A stretch of 64,000 nt of DNA from Polyangiales bacterium (GCA_035274465.1 DATEOF010000190.1:47967-111966); one strand, 5' to 3'. Shown: positions 21,332-31,353, numbered from the stretch's first letter. The notes: a model not told the origin generated them from the letters alone. Numbers and translations: made by a program.

Positions 21332-21892
21332 ATGCGAACCAGTCTTGGATGGATACTTCTGGCCTGGATGACCGCCTGCGGATCGGATCGACCGCAAACC
21401 TCGCCGTACGCCGGGATGAGCTCGGCCTCGGTACCGAGTTTGACCGCGCAGGAAGTAGACGACCTGCTCGCGGGCCGCGGCCTCGGGATGGCGCGCGCGG
21501 CCGAGCTGAACGGCTATCCGGGGCCGCGACACGTGCTGGATCTGCGCTCGGAGTTGGGGCTGGATCAGGCCACGGTCGAAGGCGCCGAGCAGCTGTTCGA
21601 GGAGATGAAGTCCGAGGCTCAACCGCTCGGGGCGCACGTCGTGGCACTCGAGAAGTCGCTCGGCGAGGCGTTCGCCTCGCAATCCGTGGACGAGAGTGCA
21701 CTGTCAGAACGAGTCGGCGCCCTGGCAGAGTTGATGGGTCAGCTGCGCGGCGTCCACTTGCGCGCACACATTCGGATGAAGGAGCTGCTGACTCCCGAGC
21801 AAGTCGCGCGCTACCAGGAGCTTCGGGGATATCCTGCATCCAGCTCCGCGGGTTCCCGGGCGGCAACCGCGGCTCACAATCACGCCAGGTGA
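21332..21892 (+). CDS. Periplasmic Spy/CpxP/ZraP-like (LTXXQ motif) stress protein
   Basis: Signal MRTSLGWILLAWMTAC. LTxxQ-like motifs (LTAQEVDDL, LTPEQVARYQEL). Lies immediately downstream of merR. Confidence 0.6.
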   Translation: MRTSLGWILLAWMTACGSDRPQTSPYAGMSSASVPSLTAQEVDDLLAGRGLGMARAAELNGYPGPRHVLDLRSELGLDQATVEGAEQLFEEMKSEAQPLGAHVVALEKSLGEAFASQSVDESALSERVGALAELMGQLRGVHLRAHIRMKELLTPEQVARYQELRGYPASSSAGSRAATAAHNHAR

Positions 21893-22016
21893 CGCTTGCA
21901 ATCCTCGGACAGTGTGACCGGTGGCTCGATACTTCGCGAAGTGATTCGTACGTGCGTGGCATGCGGGTTGCTTCGTAGGACGCGTTCCCCCCCGGTGTGT
22001 GCCGAGTTGAGCCGCG

Positions 22017-22882
22017 TGCGTATCTCCACGTTTCAATGCTGGTTTCTCGTGCTAGCCGCTGCTGGCTGCAGCGCGCAGGAGCCGCTCGCTCACGCGGGTG
22101 ACCCTGCCGTGGCCAATGGAGTGGCCGCAAATGGTTCAACCCGCACGGCCGGGAGCAGCGGCCAGGCAGGCTCTGCAGGCGAGCCCGCACGGGATGCCGG
22201 TCCGGTGAAGGTCGCCACCGACACCCGTCCTCGCGACGCAGGACAGGGCGCGGCAGGCGCTGCAGCTGACGGCGGCGGCGACGACGCGGGCGTCACCACA
22301 GAAGGGGTTTGCCCGAACACCTCGATGCCGTTCTTCCCGGGCGCCGTAAAGCCCTGCACACGGCAAGAAGACTGTGCCGGCCTGCTCAACGGGCAAGCGG
22401 TCTGCAGCGCAGCCCCGCCTCCGATCTCGGGCTGCGGTCCTGTGGGCCCGCGAGTCGAGTGCCCGAGTTTGCAGGAGTGCTCGGCCGCCGAGGCCTGCGT
22501 GGTCGACGCCTGCGGCGGATCGAAGTGCAAGCCATCGTGTGCAGTGACCGGCTGCGGCGACACCGAGCGCTGCCACGGCGGCATCTGCGTCCCGAAGCGC
22601 TGCGATGAAGCGGGAGCAGCGCCCTGCCCTGACCGCTTCAAGTGCGACCCGACTTCATCCACCATGGCCGAGGCTCGCGGCTGTCGCCCCGTCCGCTGCG
22701 ATCAAGGCGCGCCTTGCGCTCAGGGCTGGGACTGCATGCCCGGTTCCGGGCAGCCCTCGGATGCGCACGGCTGCAAGCACCGAACCTGCACGAAGGCAGC
22801 AGACTGTGACTGCGGCTCCTGCGTGGTCGGCTTTTGCGAACCCTTCCCGGGCGCCTGCTTCAGCAACGTGCGGCCTCCCTGA
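22017..22882 (+). CDS. Cys-rich secreted protein (probable GTG start)
   Basis: Has a hydrophobic N-terminus FQCWFLVLAAAGCSA followed by more than 30 Cys (…CVPKRCDEAGAAPCPDRFKCD…). The start codon is uncertain. Confidence 0.5.
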
Positions 22883-22919
22883 CTTGACAGCGACCGCGGC
22901 GATGCGCCATGCAGGCGAC

Positions 22920-23276
22920 ATGGCGAAACAAGCGGTGCGCATCTACCACAATCCTCGTTGCACGAAGAGCCGGGAGACCTTGGCCCTGCTGCGGGACCGC
23001 GGCGTCGAACCCGAGATCGTGGAGTACCTCAAGCAGCCGCCGACGGCCTCCGAGATCGAGGATCTGATCACCAAGCTCGGCATCCAGCCGCACGATCTGC
23101 TTCGCAGGAAGGAAGAGCCTTACGCGAAGCTGAAGCTCGGGCCGAAGAGTACGCGCGCACAGATCGTCAAGGCCATCGCGAGCGAACCCGTGTTGCTCGA
23201 GCGTCCGATCGTGGTGGTTGGCAAGCGTGCAGCCATCGGCCGGCCTCCCGAGAATGTGCTGAAGATCCTGGGCTGA
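22920..23276 (+). CDS. ArsC/Spx-family (arsenate reductase-like, glutaredoxin fold) protein
   Basis: N-terminus MAKQAVRIYHNPRCTKSRETLALLRDRGVEPEIVEYLK is typical of the ArsC/YffB family. Confidence 0.8.
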   Translation: MAKQAVRIYHNPRCTKSRETLALLRDRGVEPEIVEYLKQPPTASEIEDLITKLGIQPHDLLRRKEEPYAKLKLGPKSTRAQIVKAIASEPVLLERPIVVVGKRAAIGRPPENVLKILG

Positions 23277-23281
23277 GCTGC

Positions 23282-25207
23282 TCAAGCGCGGTGCGGCGAG
23301 GCCAGCACCTCGAAGTCCAGCAGCCACACGTTGTCCAGCGCGTCCACCGCCGCCAGCTGCGAGCCGAAGGTCGCCATGCAGCCGAAAGCGGCGATGCCGT
23401 GGAGCGTGTACAGGCACTCGCCGCTCTCGCTCGACCAGAAGCGCAGCGTGCTGTCGGTCGACGCCGAGACGATCAACGTGTCCGTGGCGTAGGCGCAGGC
23501 ACGGATGCGTCCGTTGTGTCCGCGCAGCCAGCGCAGCTCGCTGCCGTTACGCGCGTCCCACTCGCGAAACGAGCCGTCGTTGGCGCTCGACACGATGCGC
23601 GCGCCATCCGGGCTGTAGGCGCAGGTATCGACCCAGGCGTAGTGGCCCTGGAAGACACCTCGGGTTCGGTAGCTGTTCGCGTCCCACTCGCGCAGCGTGG
23701 CGTCGTCACCGATGGCTGCCAGCACGCGCGCGCCGTCCGGACTGTAGGCACAGGCCGTGACGCGACCTTTCTGGCCCTCGAAGCTGCCGAGCGCTTCACC
23801 GGTGCGCGCGTCCCACTGGCAGAGCTTGCAGTCGTAGGATGCGGTCAAGAAGCGGCTGCCGTCCGGGCTGAACACGCACGCGCTCACGGTTTCAGCGTGC
23901 TTGCCGGAGCGGATCGCCTTGCCGGTGGCGCGATCCCACAACGTCCAGCCGCCATCCGCTGCGCCCGACACGGCACGCGTCCCGTCGGAGCTGTACGCGC
24001 AGCTGGCGATCCACGATCGCGCGGGGTGACCTTCGAAGCGGAACACTTCGCCGCGGGTACGGGCGTCCAGCTCGCGCAGGCTGCCATCGTAGCCGGCCAA
24101 CAACACGCGCGCGCCATCCGGGCTGAGCGCACACGCGCTGATGTTCGCCACGCCACCCTGCGAGGCCTGTGCAGCGTCCACCACGGAGAGATCCCACTCA
24201 CGCAGCGTCCCGTCCGACAGGCCGGAGAGTGCGCGCGCTCCGTCGGGGCTGAACGTGCACGCGCGAACCTGCGCGGGCTGCGCGATCCGCCTCAGCTCGC
24301 GGCTCGAGTCGGCGTCCCACACACGCAACGTGCGATCGTCGGAGCCGGACAGCACGTGCTTCCCATCCGAGCTGTAGGCGCAGCTCCAAACACTCGCGGT
24401 GTGGCCTTCGAAGCTGCGCAGCAACTCGCACGAGGGTGTCGCCCACTCGCGAAGCGTGCCGTCGCGCGCGCTCGCGAGCACGCGCGTGCCATCGGGGCTG
24501 TAGGCACAGGCGAGGATCTGATCGCTCGAACCTTCGAAGCGGCGCAGCTCGTCGCCTGTGTTCGCGTCGTACTCGCGCAGCGTCGTCTCGTGAAATGCCA
24601 GCACGCGCGCTCGATCGGGGCTGCGCGGGCAAGCCGCGGTCCAAAAATTTCCGTAGCGGCCGCGGTGGTGAGGCTGCAGCCACCACACGCGATACGAGCC
24701 GTCGCTGGCCACCGACCAGGCCATCGAGTCGTCGCTGCCGTCGTACGCACACCAGGTGATCGGCTGGGTTTGTCCGACGTGGAGCCGCAACGGAAAGCCA
24801 GTACGCGCGTCCCACTCGCGCAGCGTGCGATCGTACGAGCTCGTCAGCACGCGCGTGCCATCCGCGTTGTACGAACACGCGCTCACCGCGTCCGAGTGCC
24901 CGCGCCAGATGTTCCGTTCGCCGGACTCCATCCGCACCGGTTGCCGCAGCTGCACCGGCGAGTCGAGGCCCGGCAGCAGCTCGCGGATCGCGGCGTGCTC
25001 CACACCGTCCGCGCGCAGCTGTTGATAGAGCACGCTGGGCAGCGAGTCCGGCTCGGCGTGCAACCAGCCGCTGCCGAGGCGCAGCGCGCGCTCGATGCGC
25101 CGCGTCGGCTCGTCCGACCCGCTCGCGACCATCCGCTCCAGCTCGAGCAACAAGCCGCTACTGCCCAACTCGTGAAGCATGCGTGTCAACCGAGCGAGAT
25201 CGAGCAT
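23282..25207 (-). CDS. WD40-repeat protein (about 12 repeats)
   Basis: Many repeats match the pattern GHxxxVxxCAYSPDGxRxLSxxxDxTLREWD. Confidence 0.85.
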   Translation of the reverse strand: MLDLARLTRMLHELGSSGLLLELERMVASGSDEPTRRIERALRLGSGWLHAEPDSLPSVLYQQLRADGVEHAAIRELLPGLDSPVQLRQPVRMESGERNIWRGHSDAVSACSYNADGTRVLTSSYDRTLREWDARTGFPLRLHVGQTQPITWCAYDGSDDSMAWSVASDGSYRVWWLQPHHRGRYGNFWTAACPRSPDRARVLAFHETTLREYDANTGDELRRFEGSSDQILACAYSPDGTRVLASARDGTLREWATPSCELLRSFEGHTASVWSCAYSSDGKHVLSGSDDRTLRVWDADSSRELRRIAQPAQVRACTFSPDGARALSGLSDGTLREWDLSVVDAAQASQGGVANISACALSPDGARVLLAGYDGSLRELDARTRGEVFRFEGHPARSWIASCAYSSDGTRAVSGAADGGWTLWDRATGKAIRSGKHAETVSACVFSPDGSRFLTASYDCKLCQWDARTGEALGSFEGQKGRVTACAYSPDGARVLAAIGDDATLREWDANSYRTRGVFQGHYAWVDTCAYSPDGARIVSSANDGSFREWDARNGSELRWLRGHNGRIRACAYATDTLIVSASTDSTLRFWSSESGECLYTLHGIAAFGCMATFGSQLAAVDALDNVWLLDFEVLASPHRA

Positions 25208-25459
25208 GAAGAGCGAGATAGCTCCCGCTCCGGAGGAAGTAAACGTCGAGCTTACCGCCGTTCCTGCGCACCGCCACTCGCGGCGGTCCTACCCGGCGAA
25301 CTCGGCCGTCGAAGCGCGGTCAGTCAGTGCACGGGCTATGAGTGCGGGATGCGCACCTCGCTCGACAACTCCACCGCATGCCGACAACCAACGCGAGTCG
25401 TAGCGCGGCGCTGCTGTGCTCAGTAACTTGACACTTAGACATAGCGTCGAGGTGGCCAC

Positions 25460-26995
25460 ATGGCGCGTGATTTGTTCGGGCTACTCGATACGTCCGGCTT
25501 CCCGGCTCGTTGGCACTGCGGGAGGTGGTCGGCTCAGCTGGGTTGGCTGCACATCGGTTCGGACGTCGTGATCTTCGGCGCGTACATGGTGATCCCCATC
25601 GCGCTGATCTTCTTCATCCGACAACGGCCGGATCTACCGAAGCCGTTTCCGATCGTGTTCTGGATGTTCGGCGCCTTCATCGTCGCCTGCGGCCTGACGC
25701 ACATCATCGAGGCCGTGATCTTCTGGCACCCGGTGTATCGACTGGCGGGCGCCGTGAAGGCTGCGACTGCCGGTGTTTCGTGGCTCACCCTGGCGTTCCT
25801 CGTGCCTGCGCTTCCGAAGGCGCTCGCGCTCAAGACCCCCGAACAGCTGAAGCGACAGGTGGCCGAGGCGACGCTGCAGCTGCGGCGCGAGCGAGACGCG
25901 GTGGCGCACCTCGCGGCCATCGTGGAGTCTTCGAAGGACGCGATCCTCAGCCAGGACCTCGAGGGTCGCATCCAGAGCTGGAACCGCGGTGCCGTGCGTA
26001 TGTTCGGCTATGCGGCTTCGGAGGTCATAGGCCGGCAACTCGACCTGTTCGTGCCGCAGCCGGGACGTGCCGCCCTGGAAGCGGCGCTCGAGCGCGCGCG
26101 CCACGGAGAGGCAACCGACGAGCTATCGATGGAGTGGGAGCGAAGCGATCGCACGCCCGTCGCGCTGGCGATCACGATCTCGCCCTTCGTGAGCCAGGAT
26201 GGAGAGGTCGGCGGTACGTCGATGATCGCCCGCGACATCTCGGCGTTGCGCACGAAGACGCTCGAGCTCGAGCGCTCGAACGAGGAGCTCGAGCAGTTCG
26301 CCTACGTGGCGTCCCACGATCTCCAGGAACCCCTGCGCATGGTCGTGAACTTCATGGGCCTGCTCAAGCGCACGCACGCCACGGCGCTCGACGACACCGC
26401 GACGAAGTACGTCGACTTCGCGGTGGACGGAGCCACGCGCATGAAGCAGCTGATCGATGCGCTGCTGCAGTACTCCCGCGTGGATGCCCGCGGCGGCGAG
26501 TTTGGACGGGTGCGGCTGCAATCGGCCTTCGACAACGTCGTTCGCAACTTGCCGGTGCTGGTCGAGGAGAGCGGCGCGCGCATCGACTGCGACCCGCTGC
26601 CGGAGGTGTGGGGCGACACGACCCAACTGGAGCAGGTGCTCCAAAACCTGATCTCGAACGCGATCAAGTTCCGCGGCGAGCGCACACCCGAGGTCCAGAT
26701 CCGCTGCACCGAGCACGGCCACCACTGGGAGGTCACGGTCGCGGACAACGGCATCGGCTTCGAGCCGCGGCACGCCGAACGCATCTTCCACATGTTTCAG
26801 CGGCTGAACGAACGCTCGCGCTATGCGGGAAGTGGCATCGGCCTGGCGATCGCGCGCAGAATCATCAGCCGGCACGGCGGGCGCATTTGGGCCAGCGCGG
26901 TCCCTGGACAGGGCGCGGCGTTCAAGTTCACGCTTCCCAAGCTCCCGCCGCTGGAAGGAATGAAAGCAGCTTCCTATGATCAAGCTCTCCAGTGA
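25460..26995 (+). CDS. Sensor histidine kinase with N-terminal ETR1-type ethylene-binding (copper-binding) transmembrane domain plus PAS plus HisKA/HATPase
   Basis: The N-terminal three-TM domain aligns with the plant ETR1 ethylene-binding domain. Compare SDVVIFGAYMVIPIALIFFI with ETR1 SDFFIAIAYFSIPLELIYFV. Compare FGAFIVACGLTHIIE with ETR1 FGAFIVLCGATHLIN, which holds the Cu-ligand Cys and His. The third helix also matches. A PAS domain follows. The H-box is ASHDLQEPLRMV, and N, G1 and G2 boxes are present. Confidence 0.8.
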   Translation: MARDLFGLLDTSGFPARWHCGRWSAQLGWLHIGSDVVIFGAYMVIPIALIFFIRQRPDLPKPFPIVFWMFGAFIVACGLTHIIEAVIFWHPVYRLAGAVKAATAGVSWLTLAFLVPALPKALALKTPEQLKRQVAEATLQLRRERDAVAHLAAIVESSKDAILSQDLEGRIQSWNRGAVRMFGYAASEVIGRQLDLFVPQPGRAALEAALERARHGEATDELSMEWERSDRTPVALAITISPFVSQDGEVGGTSMIARDISALRTKTLELERSNEELEQFAYVASHDLQEPLRMVVNFMGLLKRTHATALDDTATKYVDFAVDGATRMKQLIDALLQYSRVDARGGEFGRVRLQSAFDNVVRNLPVLVEESGARIDCDPLPEVWGDTTQLEQVLQNLISNAIKFRGERTPEVQIRCTEHGHHWEVTVADNGIGFEPRHAERIFHMFQRLNERSRYAGSGIGLAIARRIISRHGGRIWASAVPGQGAAFKFTLPKLPPLEGMKAASYDQALQ

Positions 26996-27380
26996 CGGCC
27001 CGGTCGTGATGGTCGACGACAACGCGGGCGACCTGTTCTTCGTCGAGCGCTGCTTCGACGCATCCAAGCTGGAGAACGCCTGGCTGTCTTTCGCGCGCGG
27101 CGACGCCTTCATGGAGATGCTCGCGCAGGTCAAGGACGGCCTCGCGCCGATGCCCGCGATCGTGCTGCTCGACCTGAACATGCCGGGTATGACCGGCCTC
27201 GACGTGCTGGAGGCGGTGCGCGCCGACACCTATTTCAGCGAGTTGCCGATCTTCTGCATCCTCACGAGCTCGAGCGATCCGCGCGACTTCGAGAAGGCCA
27301 AGCGCCTGGGCGTGAGCGGCTACTGCACGAAGGCCAGCTCGATGGACGAATACGTGGCGTTCTTCGACTCGCTCGTCTAG
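26976..27380 (+). CDS. Single-domain response regulator (CheY-like receiver)
   Basis: REC-domain signatures (VMVDDNAGD, LLDLNMPGMTGL) and a conserved Lys region. Overlaps the end of the kinase gene. Confidence 0.8.
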   Translation: MIKLSSDGPVVMVDDNAGDLFFVERCFDASKLENAWLSFARGDAFMEMLAQVKDGLAPMPAIVLLDLNMPGMTGLDVLEAVRADTYFSELPIFCILTSSSDPRDFEKAKRLGVSGYCTKASSMDEYVAFFDSLV

Positions 27381-28387
27381 CCGACCTGCACGAGCCAGCC
27401 CCGCGTCGATTGGCTGAGCTCCACGCGGCACGGCAGGAACATGCCGATCACTTGCACGTTCGTGCGCGTGTGCAGGCTGGGCTCGGAGGTCCGCAACGCG
27501 CCGCCGCCCGCGAGCGCACACGGGATCAGCAGCTGATCCGCCAGGTGCTCGCCGACCGGGACGTCGCTCAGCAGGTACCTGCGAACCTCGATTGCGAGGT
27601 CACGCGCCAGCTTCTCGGCGCGCAGGCCCACCTCACCGAACGCGGTGAAGGTCTCCGTCAGCGCAGCACTTCGCACGCTCACGCTCGCGACGTTCCCCGG
27701 ACCCGCGCTATCGACGCGCGCCGTCTCGACCTCGATGGGATGCTCGGCGAGCTCCCTGGCGAGCACCTTCATCTCGCGCTCCGCGATGCGCTCGGAGAGC
27801 TTCGAGACGACCGCCTTGATGCTGACGCGCTGCAGCTCGCCGCGCTCCAGCAGCTCGAGCGGCTGGAGCTTCGCGCCGCCCTGGATCTCGACCTCGAAGC
27901 GGCCACCGCCCGCAGGATAGAAGCCAGGGCGCACGAGCTCTGCGCTCACGGTCGCTCCCATGCGCTGCAGCTGCGGCAGGAAGGTTCGTGCGATGAAGTC
28001 GAACGGCGGCGCTAGTGGGTTGTGCGTGCCACCCTCGAACGCGATGCGCGATTCGCCCGCAGCCATCAGCAGCGCAGGCAACACTGTCTGGAACACCAGC
28101 GTGGCGCTGCCCGCCGTGCCCACCGCGAATTGATACTCACCGTGCCTGACCGGCCCCGGCTCGAAGTCGAGCACGTCCGAGCCGAGCTCCGCGCCCGAGA
28201 CGCGCGCGCCGCAGATCTCCGCCATCGCCTTCACCGCGGTGAGGTGCTGGCGCAGCAGCCCGCGCTTGCTCCGCTTGGCGCGGATGCGCTCGATGCGGAA
28301 CGGCTTGCCCGTCACCGCCGCCAGGGCGAGGGAGGTGCGCAGGACCTGCCCGCCTCCCTCGCCCAAACTACCGTCGATCGTCAGCAT
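27377..28387 (-). CDS. rtcA: RNA 3'-terminal phosphate cyclase
   Basis: N-terminus MLTIDGSLGEGGGQVLRTSLALAAVTGKPFRIERIRAKR is characteristic of RtcA. Lies downstream of rtcB. Confidence 0.85.
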   Translation of the reverse strand: MLTIDGSLGEGGGQVLRTSLALAAVTGKPFRIERIRAKRSKRGLLRQHLTAVKAMAEICGARVSGAELGSDVLDFEPGPVRHGEYQFAVGTAGSATLVFQTVLPALLMAAGESRIAFEGGTHNPLAPPFDFIARTFLPQLQRMGATVSAELVRPGFYPAGGGRFEVEIQGGAKLQPLELLERGELQRVSIKAVVSKLSERIAEREMKVLARELAEHPIEVETARVDSAGPGNVASVSVRSAALTETFTAFGEVGLRAEKLARDLAIEVRRYLLSDVPVGEHLADQLLIPCALAGGGALRTSEPSLHTRTNVQVIGMFLPCRVELSQSTRGWLVQVG

Positions 28388-28394
28388 GTTGATG

Positions 28395-29630
28395 CTAGCC
28401 CTTCACACACACCACTTGCTTGAGCGTGTGCACGACGTCGACGAGATCGCGCTGCGCTTCCATGACGGCATCGATGTCCTTGTAGGCACCGGGCGTCTCG
28501 TCGATCACGTCGCGATCCTTGCGACACTCGACGCCTTCGGTCGCCTTCTGGTGATCCTCGAGGGTGAAGCGCTTCTTCGCCGCCGTGCGCGACATCACGC
28601 GCCCTGCGCCGTGGCTGCAGCTCTCGAACGCCTCCGGGTTACCCTTCCCGCGCACGATGTACGAGCGCGCACCCATGCTGCCCGGGATGATCCCGAGCTC
28701 ACCCAGACCTGCGCGCACCGCACCCTTGCGCGTCACGAACACGTGCTTGCCGTAGTGATGTTCCTTCGAGACATAGTTGTGGTGGCAGTTGACCGCCTGC
28801 TTCGCCATTTGAAACGGCGGGATGCCCTTCAAGCGGCGCACCGAGTCGAGCACGGCTTCCATCATCAACTCACGGTTGTGGCGCGCAAACGACTGCGCCC
28901 AGCTCACCGCCTCGACGTAGTCCGCGAAGTGCTCGCTACCTTCCTCGAAGTAGGCGAGGTTCGCGTCCGGCAGGTTGGAGATGTGTCGCTGCATGTCCTT
29001 CTTCGCCAGCTCGATGAAGTAGCTACCGATGCGGTTACCCACGCCGCGCGAGCCGCTGTGCAACATGAACCAGACGTGGTCCGTCTCGTCCAGACACACT
29101 TCGATGAAGTGGTTACCCGTGCCGAGCGTACCGAGGTGCACCACGTGGTTGCAGTTCTTCACAGCTCGATGCTTCTCGCTGATGAGGTTCCAGCCGGCTT
29201 CCAGCTCGGCCCACACGCGCGCGACTCGGTTCGGGATCGCATCCCACGAGCCGTGGTCGCCCTTCCCGCCGTGCTTCCCGCGGCCGTGCGGCACGCTGCG
29301 CTCGATCGTTCCGCGCATCGGCGCGAGGCTGTCCGGGAGATCGCTCGCCTTGAGCGTGGTCTGCACCGCCATCATTCCACAGCCGATGTCGACGCCGACC
29401 GCCGCAGGGATCACCGCGCCGACGGTCGGGATCACACTACCGACCGTCGCACCGATGCCGAGGTGTACGTCCGGCATCGCCGCCACCCAGCGGTGGATGA
29501 TCGGCAGCCGCGCGATGTTCGAGAGCTGCGCCACGGCTTCACCTTCCACGGGCACGCCGCGCGTCCAGGTCTTGATCGGCACGCCGCCGTTCGAATCGCG
29601 AAGCTCGTAGGTCGTGTTCATGGTCGTCAT
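28395..29630 (-). CDS. rtcB: RNA-splicing ligase RtcB
   Basis: Conserved RtcB blocks (PDVHLGIGATVGSVIP, metal-binding His and Cys residues). A GGAGG-like RBS is absent. The ATG is at 29630. Confidence 0.9.
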   Translation of the reverse strand: MTTMNTTYELRDSNGGVPIKTWTRGVPVEGEAVAQLSNIARLPIIHRWVAAMPDVHLGIGATVGSVIPTVGAVIPAAVGVDIGCGMMAVQTTLKASDLPDSLAPMRGTIERSVPHGRGKHGGKGDHGSWDAIPNRVARVWAELEAGWNLISEKHRAVKNCNHVVHLGTLGTGNHFIEVCLDETDHVWFMLHSGSRGVGNRIGSYFIELAKKDMQRHISNLPDANLAYFEEGSEHFADYVEAVSWAQSFARHNRELMMEAVLDSVRRLKGIPPFQMAKQAVNCHHNYVSKEHHYGKHVFVTRKGAVRAGLGELGIIPGSMGARSYIVRGKGNPEAFESCSHGAGRVMSRTAAKKRFTLEDHQKATEGVECRKDRDVIDETPGAYKDIDAVMEAQRDLVDVVHTLKQVVCVKG

Positions 29631-29663
29631 GTCTACTTCTCGTTTCTAGGTTATGCCCGTATC

Positions 29664-29681
29664 TGCAGGGGTCGTGCCAGG
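29664..29681 (-). promoter_or_regulatory. Sigma-54 (-24/-12) promoter upstream of rtcBA
   Basis: The minus strand reads cTGGCACgacccCTGCAg, that is TGGCAC-N5-cTGCA (consensus TGGCAC-N5-TTGCW). It lies about 35 nt upstream of the rtcB ATG, in the region divergent from rtcR. Confidence 0.5.
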
Positions 29682-29757
29682 GTGCGGGGCCCCAAAACGG
29701 GCTGCGGAGCGGCTTTTCACGCATCGTGGGATAGAGCATTATCCGTTCGTATAAACC

Positions 29758-31353
29758 ATGAAGACAGTCGTCGTCGGCCTGCTGGGAACCGTGCTGGATG
29801 CGCTCAAGGGGCGCGGAGACCGCTGGCAGCAATGGCGGCCGACCGTCGACCTCTGCCGACAGCAAGACCTCGTCGTGGACCGGCTGGAGCTGCTGCTGCA
29901 GGCGCGTTTCCAGACTCTCGCAGATCAGGTGATCGGCGACATCGCGTCGGTTTCGCCGGAAACCAAGGTCCGCAGTCACTACGTGGACTTCGCCGATCCC
30001 TGGGACTTCGAGCAGGTCTACGGCGCGTTGCACGACTTCGCCCGCAACTACGAGTGGAAGACCGGACAGGAGCAGTACCTCGTACACATCACCACGGGCA
30101 CGCACGTCGCGCAGATCTGCAAGTTCTTGCTGACCGAGTCGCGACACTTCCCTGCACGCCTGATCCAGACCGGACCGCCGAAGAAGCCCGGGACACCCGG
30201 CAGCTACAACGTCATCGACCTCGACCTGTCCAAGTACGACCGCATCGCGTCGCGCTTCCGGCAGGAGCAGAGCGAGAGCCGAGACTTCCTGAAGTCCGGC
30301 ATCGCCACGCGCAACGCCACCTTCAACAAGCTGATCGATCGCATCGAGCAGGTGGCGATCGCCTCGCGCGCGCCGCTCTTGCTCATGGGCGCGACCGGCG
30401 CCGGCAAGTCGCAGCTGGCTCGACGCATCTACGAGCTGAAGAAGCTGCGCCGTCAGGTCGAAGGCCGCTTCGTCGAGGTGAACTGCGCGACCATCCGCGG
30501 TGATGGCGCGATGAGCGCGCTGTTCGGTCACGTGAAGGGCGCATTCACGGGCGCCGTCGGCGGGCGCGACGGCCTGCTGCGCGAGGCGCACAAGGGCATC
30601 TTGTTCCTGGACGAGATCGGCGAGCTCGGGCTCGAGGAGCAGGCGATGCTGCTGCGCGCCGTGGAGGAGGGCCGCTTCTTCCCCGTGGGCTCCGACCGCG
30701 AGGCCGAGAGCCAGTTTCAGCTGCTGTCCGGGACCAACCGCGACCTGCACGAAGCCGCGGCCAAGGGTACGTTTCGCGACGACCTGCTGGCGCGCATCAA
30801 CCTCTGGACCTTTCGATTGCCCGCGTTGCGCGACCGTCCGGAAGACATGGAGCCCAACCTCGACTACGAGCTCGTGCGTTGGTCCGAGACGCAGGGCAGC
30901 CGTGTCACCTTCAGCAAGGAAGCTCGCAAGCTGTTCCTCGACTTCGCGACGTCGCCCCGCGCGACCTGGTCCGGCAACTTCCGTGACTTCAGCGCAGCCG
31001 TGCAGCGCATGGCCACGCTGGCAGAGGGAGGCCGCATCGCCGTGCCGCACGTGCGCGACGAGATCGAGCGACTCGAGCTCAACTGGCAACGGCCGGTGAG
31101 CGCGAAGCTCACGGGGGACGACGAGCTGCTGAGCCGCTACCTCGGTGCAGGCGCGCTCGCGGGGCTCGATCGCTTCGACCGGGTGCAGCTCGCCGATGTG
31201 CTCGGCGTGTGCACCACGTCCAAGTCGCTGTCCGACGCCGGCCGCACGCTGTTCGCCGAGTCGCGAAAGCGCCGCAGCTCGCAGAACGATGCCGATCGCG
31301 TGCGGAAGTACCTCGCGCGCTTCGGGATCACGTGGTCGGACCTGGGTAACTGA
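29758..31353 (+). CDS. rtcR: Sigma-54-dependent transcriptional activator RtcR (CARF-like N-domain plus AAA+ plus HTH)
   Basis: Conserved RtcR N-terminus. AAA+ Walker A (GATGAGKS). GAFTGA-like motif (VKGAFTGAV). C-terminal HTH. Divergent from rtcBA. Confidence 0.85.
   Translation: MKTVVVGLLGTVLDALKGRGDRWQQWRPTVDLCRQQDLVVDRLELLLQARFQTLADQVIGDIASVSPETKVRSHYVDFADPWDFEQVYGALHDFARNYEWKTGQEQYLVHITTGTHVAQICKFLLTESRHFPARLIQTGPPKKPGTPGSYNVIDLDLSKYDRIASRFRQEQSESRDFLKSGIATRNATFNKLIDRIEQVAIASRAPLLLMGATGAGKSQLARRIYELKKLRRQVEGRFVEVNCATIRGDGAMSALFGHVKGAFTGAVGGRDGLLREAHKGILFLDEIGELGLEEQAMLLRAVEEGRFFPVGSDREAESQFQLLSGTNRDLHEAAAKGTFRDDLLARINLWTFRLPALRDRPEDMEPNLDYELVRWSETQGSRVTFSKEARKLFLDFATSPRATWSGNFRDFSAAVQRMATLAEGGRIAVPHVRDEIERLELNWQRPVSAKLTGDDELLSRYLGAGALAGLDRFDRVQLADVLGVCTTSKSLSDAGRTLFAESRKRRSSQNDADRVRKYLARFGITWSDLGN

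Noticed and set aside
25428-25433. TTGACA upstream of the ethylene-receptor-like kinase as a sigma-70 -35 box
   Set aside because: No acceptable -10 hexamer lies at 16-19 nt spacing, so the match is probably fortuitous.
28239-30503. 754-aa plus-strand ORF
   Set aside because: It is antisense or out of frame to rtcB and rtcR, which have unmistakable conserved motifs.
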